Source of the DNA: Patescibacteria group bacterium
GTDB lineage: Bacteria; Patescibacteriota; Minisyncoccia; UBA6257; UBA9933
Assembly: GCA_038061215.1 (NCBI GenBank)
Contig: JBBTZV010000021.1
Coordinates: forward strand, 1 to 29,506
Direction of reading: 5' to 3'
DNA: 29,506 nucleotides
This document shows positions 23,450 through 29,506 of the stretch, in pieces (position 1 is the first letter of the stretch; the number at the start of each line of letters is the position of its first letter). Under the pieces are notes generated by a model that was given only the letters and a program-made list of their open reading frames with translations, had not been told where the DNA came from and ran no database searches. The translations under genes and the position numbers were made by a program.

Positions 23450-25084
23450 TCACATTTTATCAGGCAAACCAATTCCTAAAAGCCCAAAAAGGTTTTTGAA
23501 GATTATTAAAGTCGCCCGAATCAAAACCAAACGAGCCAGCATCAAGTTTTTTTCTTCACCCCCGCCTTCGCCAAGGCTTCGGCGAGCAGGAATTATTCTT
23601 TCTTTTTCGTAAAAATTATGAAACTCCCGCGCCAAATCTAAAGCATAACGCGCCAAAATTTGAGGATTGTAATTTTTCGCCGCCTCTTCAACGGCTTCCG
23701 GAAACCGCGCCATTTGCCGCATTAAATTTATGTCTTCTGCTGTATTTAATTTTTGGACATCCGATGTCCTAAGGACATCGGATGTCCTTATATTGACTTT
23801 TTTGATGATGCCTTGGCATCTGACTGCCGCATACTGCGCGTAATAAACCGGATTTTTCATTGAACGTTCTTTCGCCAAATCCAAATCAAAATCCATATGC
23901 GTTTCCGGAGAATGCGTCAAAAAGAAAAATCTGGCGGCATCAGGTTTAACTTCTTTAATCAAATCTTCAAAAGTTACGAATTCGCCGGTTCTTTTAGACA
24001 TTTTTACTTCTTTGCCGGCACTCATCAATCTTACAGCTTGAGTAACAATAACTTTTAATTCTTTAAGGCCTATGATTTTCGCCGCCGCCTGAATTCTTTT
24101 GACATAACCATGATGGTCCGGACCCAAAATCATTATTTTAGAATTAAAGCCGCGCGATTTTGTTTCCAAAAAATGGCCGGCGTCAGCCAAAAAATAAGTC
24201 GGAAATTTGTCTTGGGTTATCAAAACTCTGTCTTTTTCATCATTGAAATCGGTTGTCTTAAGCCATAAAGCCCCGTCTTTTTCATAAATCAATTTTTTCG
24301 CTTTGAAAATTTTTAAAACTTTATCAATGTAGCTTTTTTTATGAATATGTTTATCCTCCGATGTCCAGCGGTCAAATTTTATCTTCGCTTCTTTTTCAAC
24401 GGCTTTCTTAATTTCTTTCAAAAAATCAGCGGCGGCCAATTGACCGAGTTTTAACGGATTATTTTGATATTTTTTGGAAATCGCTTTGTGTTTTTTCGCC
24501 CATTCTTTCACATATCCGCCTTTATAAAAATTTTCCTCGTTTTTGATGAAACCGTTAGTAGCTAAAATTGACTTGCCGAGCGTTAAAATCTGATTGCCGG
24601 TGTCATTGACATAATATTCCCGCTCCACTTTATAACCGCAAAATTCCAAGATATTGCTTAAAACGTCGCCCATAAAACCGCCCCGGCCATTGGCAAGAGT
24701 CAAAGGCCCTGTGGGATTGGCGGAGATAAACTCTATCTGAACTTTTGACATCTGACCTTTGACAGCTGACTTGCCGTAATTTTGTTTTTTTTTCAAAATT
24801 TCTCTTAATTCGTCTTGTAAAACTTTTTCCGAAATCCAAAAATTAATAAACCCCGGCGGCGCGACTTCTATCTTAGTAAAAAGTGAATAGTGATTAGTGA
24901 TTAGTTTTGTTTTAATTTCTTCCGCAATTTCTAACGGACTCTTCTTCAATTTTTTCGCCAACTTCAAAGCAACATTCGTTGAATAATGCCCGAATTGCTC
25001 GTTTTCCGGAACAAAAATTTCAATTTCAATCGGTTCTTTAATAACGGCTTTTTTAAGATAATTTAAAATTTTTGTCTTAATCAT
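23450..25084 (-). CDS. argS: arginine-tRNA ligase
   Basis: FGHYSTN, GFINF, EFISANPTGPL, YYVNDTGNQ, KMSKRTG, NPVYYAQYA, FHNFY. Confidence 0.96.
   Translation of the reverse strand: MIKTKILNYLKKAVIKEPIEIEIFVPENEQFGHYSTNVALKLAKKLKKSPLEIAEEIKTKLITNHYSLFTKIEVAPPGFINFWISEKVLQDELREILKKKQNYGKSAVKGQMSKVQIEFISANPTGPLTLANGRGGFMGDVLSNILEFCGYKVEREYYVNDTGNQILTLGKSILATNGFIKNEENFYKGGYVKEWAKKHKAISKKYQNNPLKLGQLAAADFLKEIKKAVEKEAKIKFDRWTSEDKHIHKKSYIDKVLKIFKAKKLIYEKDGALWLKTTDFNDEKDRVLITQDKFPTYFLADAGHFLETKSRGFNSKIMILGPDHHGYVKRIQAAAKIIGLKELKVIVTQAVRLMSAGKEVKMSKRTGEFVTFEDLIKEVKPDAARFFFLTHSPETHMDFDLDLAKERSMKNPVYYAQYAAVRCQGIIKKVNIRTSDVLRTSDVQKLNTAEDINLMRQMARFPEAVEEAAKNYNPQILARYALDLAREFHNFYEKERIIPARRSLGEGGGEEKNLMLARLVLIRATLIIFKNLFGLLGIGLPDKM
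23755..23787. repeat. 33-bp inverted repeat in frame in argS
   Basis: GGACATCCGATGTCCT-A-AGGACATCGGATGTCC; encodes RTSDVLRTSDV. Confidence 0.9.
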
Positions 25085-25107
25085 GTATATTCATTATACT
25101 AAAATTA
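25085..25107. promoter_or_regulatory. bidirectional promoter with overlapping -10 boxes (argS / smpB)
   Basis: TATACT on the plus strand (25095..25100), 7 nt before the smpB ATG. TATAAT on the minus strand (25093..25098), 8 nt before the argS ATG. Confidence 0.65.
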
Positions 25108-25542
25108 ATGATTATCACCACCAACAAACGCGCGTATTTTGACTATCAAATCCTTGAAACCATTGAGGCCGGCATTGAACTGAAAGGATTTGAAGTTAAA
25201 GCCATTAAAACCGGAAGAATAAACCTTGCGGGAGCTTACGCTATTATCCGCGACAATCAAGCTTGGCTGATTAATGCCGACATACCGGCTTATCAGCCGA
25301 AAAACGCGCCGGTTGATTATGATTCAAAACGCACCCGGCGTCTGCTTTTGAAAAAATCGGAGATAAAAAATTTAATCGGCGGTGTCGCGGAAAAAGGGTT
25401 GACTTTGACGCCCCTAAAGGTTTATACTAAAAATCGGAAAATCAAGATAGAAATCGGCTTGGGAAAAAGCCGAAAAAAGAAAGACAAGAGAGAATTGCTT
25501 AAAAAAAGAGACATTGAGAGAGAGATTAGCAGAAAATTATAA
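25108..25542 (+). CDS. smpB: SsrA-binding protein SmpB
   Basis: NKRAYFDY, EAGIEL.G.EVKAIK, RTRRLLL, GLTLTPL, KKDKRE..KKRD; adjacent to tmRNA. Confidence 0.97.
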   Translation: MIITTNKRAYFDYQILETIEAGIELKGFEVKAIKTGRINLAGAYAIIRDNQAWLINADIPAYQPKNAPVDYDSKRTRRLLLKKSEIKNLIGGVAEKGLTLTPLKVYTKNRKIKIEIGLGKSRKKKDKRELLKKRDIEREISRKL

Positions 25543-25581
25543 AAATTCGGGCGTGTCTATTTGTAAGACTTTCGGATACAT

Positions 25582-25940
25582 GGGAATGATTGGATTCGAT
25601 GGCAGCACTTTTATAAAATGGCAAGTCGAGGATGATTTCTCACCTCGTAAATCATGAAATCAAAACTATATCTGCCAAAAACAGATTAGCCAATTATTTG
25701 GCTCCCGCGTTCGCTTTAGCGTAAACGCGGCATCGCTTGGCTGAAACTTGATAGGCCATAAGCGGTGTAATACATCAAGATATATTTAATCTGCCGGCGC
25801 GATTAAACGAAACTAAGCCGGAAAAGAATTATGAGCTTTTGTTTGGTTTCAATTCATAATTCTTCAAAATAAATCAAACTAAACTTGTAGAAGTTTTATA
25901 AAATTATTGTCAGACGCGGGTTCAATTCCCGCCATTTCCA
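25582..25940 (+). ncRNA. ssrA: tmRNA (one-piece); predicted tag ORF 25674..25724, (A)AKNRLANYLAPAFALA
   Basis: Acceptor GGGAATG/CATTTCC with G3.U70 and A73; GGATTCGA near the 5' end; PK1 (GAGG/CCTC, ATGATTT/AAATCAT); T arm GCGGG-TTCAATT-CCCGC. CCA not encoded. Confidence 0.95.
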
Positions 25941-25951
25941 CAATATTAAAT

Positions 25952-26458
25952 ATTAATATTAACTACCGCATCAACAATCAAATAAAAGCTCCTGAATTGA
26001 GAGTAATTGACGAAGCTGAGGGCAATCTCGGAATTATGCCGCTTGAGGCGGCATTAAAATTGGCGCAAGAAAAAGGATTGGATTTGATAGAAATAGCGCC
26101 GACCGCCAAACCGCCGGTTGCCAGAATAATCGGCTTTGATAAATTCCGCTATCAAAAAGAGAAGGAGTTAAAAAAACAAAAAGCGACCCAGAAAACGAGC
26201 GGATTAAAACAGATAAAAATCAGCGTAAGAGAAGCTCGCCACGATTTGGAAAACAAAGCAAAGAAAATAGAAGAGTTTTTAAATGAAGGCAATAAAGTTG
26301 AAATTATGCTGACGCTCAAAGGCAGGGAAAAATACATGAGAGACTGGGCGCGCCAGAAAATGAACGAATTTATGGCCATTATCGGCGCCGAATACAAAAT
26401 CACGATGGAGCCGAAATTTGGCGGAAAAGGAATAGCGATGCAAATAACCAAAAAATAA
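25952..26458 (+). CDS. infC: translation initiation factor IF-3; probable non-AUG (ATT) start at 25952 or 25958
   Basis: RINNQI.APELRVID, GLDLIEIAP.AKPPVARI, KQIKI, FL.EGNKV. The track start at 25907 lies inside the tmRNA, and no ATG precedes the conserved N-terminus. Confidence 0.9.
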   Translation: MNINYRINNQIKAPELRVIDEAEGNLGIMPLEAALKLAQEKGLDLIEIAPTAKPPVARIIGFDKFRYQKEKELKKQKATQKTSGLKQIKISVREARHDLENKAKKIEEFLNEGNKVEIMLTLKGREKYMRDWARQKMNEFMAIIGAEYKITMEPKFGGKGIAMQITKK

Positions 26459-26459
26459 T

Positions 26460-26612
26460 ATGAATAAATCAATCACCGACAGAATAAAAATCACGGGAAC
26501 CGGAAAAATTTTAAGGCGGGCAATGGGCCAGTGCCATTTTCGCGCCAAAAAAAAGACCAATCAGATTAAAAGAAGAAAGAGAATGCGAGAAATTAAGTTT
26601 GGTAAAATATGA
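26460..26612 (+). CDS. rpmI: 50S ribosomal protein L35 (50 aa; not in ORF track)
   Basis: MNKSITDRIKITGTGKILRRAMGQCHFRAKKKTNQIKRRKRMREIKFGKI; canonical infC-rpmI-rplT position, ATGA overlap with rplT. Confidence 0.9.
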   Translation: MNKSITDRIKITGTGKILRRAMGQCHFRAKKKTNQIKRRKRMREIKFGKI

Positions 26613-26953
26613 CAAGAGTTAAAAGAGGGAAAATAGCAACCAAAAAACGAAAGAAGATTCTTAAATATACGAAGGGTTTCCGCTGGGGAAGAAAATCCAA
26701 AGAACGGGCCGCCAAAGAAGCGCTTCTTCATGCCTGGACGCACGCTTTCCAGGGCCGCAAAGAAAAAAAGCGGAATTACCGGCAATTATGGAATGTTCAA
26801 ATTAACGCCGGAACGCGCGCCGCAGGCCTGACTTACAGCAAATTAATCAGCGGCCTTAAAAAGAAAAATATAATTTTAGACAGAAAAATTCTGGCTGATT
26901 TAGCTGGAAACGAACCGAAAGTTTTTGAGAAAATTGTGGAGAGAATAAAATAA
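26609..26953 (+). CDS. rplT: 50S ribosomal protein L20
   Basis: MTRVKRG, GRKEKKRNYRQLW..QINA, YSKLI.GLKK..I.LDRKILADLA. Confidence 0.97.
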   Translation: MTRVKRGKIATKKRKKILKYTKGFRWGRKSKERAAKEALLHAWTHAFQGRKEKKRNYRQLWNVQINAGTRAAGLTYSKLISGLKKKNIILDRKILADLAGNEPKVFEKIVERIK

Positions 26954-26981
26954 AAAGAACCGCGAATGCAATGCGGTTCTT
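26953..26981. terminator. bidirectional terminator between rplT and the NUDIX gene
   Basis: AAAGAACCGC-N9-GCGGTTCTTT. Confidence 0.75.
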
Positions 26982-27412
26982 TATTTAATAAGAAGCCCGT
27001 GGACTTGCGCCAAAACCCTTTGACTGTCTTTATATTTTAAAAGAATTTTCATCGCTTCTTTATAGGTGAACCAGCCGTATCCATCATGTTCGTAAGAAAT
27101 CCTGATTTGCGGTTTTTTTGTTTCCGCCAAATAAAAAATAACAACTTTGAAAACTTTTTGTTTTTTAATTCCATGGCCGCGCCAAAAAACGAATTTTTCG
27201 TAGGCCTTAAAACGCTGGTCTATTTTAAGTTCGTTGCCGCTAAGGCCGGTTTCCTCTCTTGTCTCGCGCAAAGCGGCTTGAAAACTTTTTTCTTCCGCTT
27301 CAATTTTGCCTTTCGGAAAATTCCAATATCCGCCGCCGTGATAAAGCAAAAGGAATTTTAAGCCTTCTTTGGTTTTACGATAAATAATGATGCCGGCGGA
27401 TATTTCTCTCAT
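26981..27412 (-). CDS. NUDIX hydrolase (Ap4A-hydrolase-like); likely start MREISAG at 27412
   Basis: SAGIIIYR, W.FPKGKIE..E...AALRETREETGL (NUDIX box), EH..Y.W. Substrate assignment is tentative. Confidence 0.88.
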   Translation of the reverse strand: MREISAGIIIYRKTKEGLKFLLLYHGGGYWNFPKGKIEAEEKSFQAALRETREETGLSGNELKIDQRFKAYEKFVFWRGHGIKKQKVFKVVIFYLAETKKPQIRISYEHDGYGWFTYKEAMKILLKYKDSQRVLAQVHGLLIK

Positions 27413-27417
27413 TAAGT

Positions 27418-29160
27418 TTATTTTAACATTTTTAACATTTTTTCCACTGGCCAACAATTGATAATGTCCTCTTTTTCCGCCCAGCCGCGGCGAGCTTGAA
27501 AAACGCCGTATTCCATAAAACTCATTTGCTCTTTTTGATGGGCATCTGCATTGATAACCATTTTCACGCCTATTTCTTTGGCTTTTTTGATGTTTTCGTC
27601 GTTCAAATCAAGCCTGTAAGGATTGGCGTTGATTTCCAAAATCGTTCCGGTCTCTTTGGCGACTTTCAGAATTTTAGCGAAATCAATTTCATATTCGTCC
27701 CTTTGCTTCAAAATCCGGCCGGTTGGATGGGAAATAATGTCAACATTCGGATTTTCCATCGCCTTAATGATTCTTTCGGTCATTTTTTCTTTTGTCATTT
27801 TCATCTGCGAATGAACGCCGGCGATCACGTAATCAAGTTTCGCCAGCGCTTCGTCCTTTATGTCAATGGAGCCGTCCGCCATTATATTCGCCTCGCAACC
27901 GTGTAATACACGACATCTGACATCTGACATCTGACATTTGACATTAATTTTATCAATTTCTTTTCTTTGCTCTGCCAATTGTTTTTCGTTTATGCCGTGT
28001 TCAATCGCCAAAAATTTCGTATGGTCGGAAATACCGATATATTCATAACCGAGCGCGAGCGCCTCTTCCGCCATTTGCTCAATCAATCTTTTCCCTGCTC
28101 CCCAATGCGAATGGCAATGCAAATCTCCTTTAATATCTTTTAATTCAATAAGTTCCGGCAGTCCCTTCGACGAGCTCATGGCAAGTTCTATTTCGCCGGT
28201 ATTTTCCCGAAGCTCCGGCGGAATCCATTCCAGCCCCAATTTTTCATAAATTTCTTCTTCGTTTTCACCGGCAATCATTTTCGCTCCGCGAAACAAACCG
28301 TATTCCGAAAGTTTCAATCCTTTTTCAATCGCTATTTTCCGTAAAACTATATTGTGCTCTTTGGAGCCGGTAAAGTATTGAAGCGCCGCGCCGTAAGATT
28401 TCCGCGGCACCACGCGGATATCCATATCATATCCGTCTTCAAAACGGACCGATGTTTTGGTTTTGCCCTTGCCCCAAATTTTGACGACTCCCGGAAGCGA
28501 AACGAAAAAATCCATCACTTTTTCCGGCTCGTCGGAAATTGCCAAAAAATCAACGTCGCCGAGCATTTCTTTACGTCGGCGGACCGAACCGCAGGCGACC
28601 ACTTTTTCCACGCCTTTGATTCTTCTTAATCTTTCTTCAATTTCGCCAACAAACGGCAGAATTTCACCGAGCAAAAATTTGCCCTTGTCTCTTTTTAAAA
28701 ATTTAATGCCTTCCAGAATGTTTTTTTCCGTTTTTTCGCCGAAGCCGAATAAAGGCGCGATTTTGTGAGCCCTGGCCGCGGCCTCCAAATCATCAAGGTT
28801 TTTAATTTTTAATTTTTGGTAAAGAATTTTTATTTTTCTCGGGCCAATGCCTTCCACCGCCGCCAATTCCTCTATATTCACTGGAATTTTTTTCTTTAAT
28901 TGCCGGTGTTCTTTAATTTTTCCAGTTTTTATATATTCAATTATTTTCTCGGCAATGCCTTGGCCAACGCCCGGAATGTTTTTCAAACCGCCAATGTCTT
29001 GTTTTTTATAAATTTCATCAGCGCCTTCCTGTAAGGTTTCCAAACTCAAAGCCGCTTTTTCATACGCCTGCGACTTAAAAGAACCCGGGGTTTCGCCCCC
29101 TTCCATTTCAAAATAAAGAGCAATTTCATGAAAGATTTTAGATAGTCCTTGATTGAACAT
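27418..29160 (-). CDS. polX: DNA polymerase X with C-terminal PHP domain
   Basis: HhH motifs (IPGVGQGIA, VEGIGPRK), GSVRR...GDVD, DIRVV, YFTGSKEHN, PPELRE; PHP motifs DLHCHS, SDH, HPTGR, DAH. Confidence 0.94.
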   Translation of the reverse strand: MFNQGLSKIFHEIALYFEMEGGETPGSFKSQAYEKAALSLETLQEGADEIYKKQDIGGLKNIPGVGQGIAEKIIEYIKTGKIKEHRQLKKKIPVNIEELAAVEGIGPRKIKILYQKLKIKNLDDLEAAARAHKIAPLFGFGEKTEKNILEGIKFLKRDKGKFLLGEILPFVGEIEERLRRIKGVEKVVACGSVRRRKEMLGDVDFLAISDEPEKVMDFFVSLPGVVKIWGKGKTKTSVRFEDGYDMDIRVVPRKSYGAALQYFTGSKEHNIVLRKIAIEKGLKLSEYGLFRGAKMIAGENEEEIYEKLGLEWIPPELRENTGEIELAMSSSKGLPELIELKDIKGDLHCHSHWGAGKRLIEQMAEEALALGYEYIGISDHTKFLAIEHGINEKQLAEQRKEIDKINVKCQMSDVRCRVLHGCEANIMADGSIDIKDEALAKLDYVIAGVHSQMKMTKEKMTERIIKAMENPNVDIISHPTGRILKQRDEYEIDFAKILKVAKETGTILEINANPYRLDLNDENIKKAKEIGVKMVINADAHQKEQMSFMEYGVFQARRGWAEKEDIINCWPVEKMLKMLK

Positions 29161-29190
29161 GATTTATTAAATTGTATCATTTTTAAATAA

Positions 29191-29224
29191 AAACGGCTTC
29201 CTTTTGTTTTAACGGAAGCCGTTT
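29191..29224 (-). terminator. intrinsic terminator of ORF 29223..29390
   Basis: AAACGGCTTCC-N12-GGAAGCCGTTT, with a T-rich tail on the minus strand. Confidence 0.7.
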
Positions 29225-29390
29225 AATTTTTTATCCTTAATTTCAAATTCTTGCATATCTTTCTGCCGCCCAAATTCAAACAGAATTTTTTCATTTCCCC
29301 CGCAGAAACAAATTTTTTCCTTTTTCTGCAAAATCCCCTGTAATTTCTGTCATTAACGCGGTCTCTCAAATTCTTAAAATAATCTTCCAT
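29223..29390 (-). CDS. small basic Cys-containing hypothetical protein, 55 aa (MEDYFKNLRDRVNDRNYRGFCRKRKKFVSAGEMKKFCLNLGGRKICKNLKLRIKN); not in ORF track
   Basis: Translated by hand. SD AAGGAGG 5 nt upstream of the ATG; terminator at the stop. Confidence 0.7.
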   Translation of the reverse strand: MEDYFKNLRDRVNDRNYRGFCRKRKKFVSAGEMKKFCLNLGGRKICKNLKLRIKN

Positions 29391-29506
29391 ATCTGCCTCC
29401 TTTATATTTTAAGTATTTTTAAAAGAGCGGATATTTATTCCTCCGCAAACACCGGTTTATCTTTCAAGGTTATTATTATTTTACCGCCTTGAACTGATTT
29501 TGTCTC

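Noticed and set aside
25907-25951. Track N-terminal extension of infC (MSDAGSIPAIST)
   Set aside because: It is the translation of the tmRNA T arm and acceptor stem.
27413-27457. Track N-terminal extension of the NUDIX ORF overlapping polX
   Set aside because: The conserved domain begins at MREISAG (27412), 5 nt after the polX stop.
1487-28768. Numerous 60-150 aa track ORFs antisense to or nested in long genes (e.g. 1885..2304, 11161..11565, 22087..22530, 27496..27906)
   Set aside because: Shadow frames of strongly supported genes, with no motifs, SD or independent signals.
1-29506. Alternative genetic code (UGA read as Gly, as in some CPR lineages)
   Set aside because: TGA ends well-defined genes at expected lengths (cca, argS, rpmI), and no conserved ORF is interrupted by TGA.

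Overview
About 29.5 kb of AT-rich bacterial core chromosome. It looks like Patescibacteria/CPR (Parcubacteria-like); this is inferred from the type-2 IleRS, tRNA-Arg(UCG), short L35, mostly SD-less genes and gene content. Translation table 11 fits. Contents: (i) eight tRNAs around a CCA-adding enzyme, with two orphan ORFs between them; (ii) an ECF sigma/anti-sigma pair, HU and RNase Y; (iii) a carbohydrate/lower-glycolysis region (gpmI, eno, a RelE-like TA pair, SGNH hydrolase, ppsA, glycerate kinase, a shortened ROK protein, an EamA-glycoside hydrolase fusion, GH1); (iv) a YdjM-like hydrolase, a metallophosphoesterase, ileS carrying an inserted histidine-phosphatase domain, an orphan secreted protein and argS; (v) smpB-tmRNA-infC-rpmI-rplT, a NUDIX hydrolase, PolX-PHP and a small Cys-containing orphan. 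No integrase, transposase or CRISPR array is visible. The most striking unexplained signal is a dense set of in-frame micro-insertions in housekeeping genes, of two kinds: a family of short GC-rich hairpins (TCCGCC-N3/4-GGCGGA plus other palindromes) and degenerate 7-bp-period arrays (TGACATY, TGATRCT and similar). In one place a hairpin sits inside an array. Other highlights are the IleRS-phosphatase and EamA-GH fusions, a shared A52.C62 T-stem mismatch in three tRNAs, a duplicated tRNA-Pro 5' fragment behind cca, a SigW-like autoregulatory promoter and a 23-bp bidirectional leaderless promoter. Everything was read by eye; no database searches were run.
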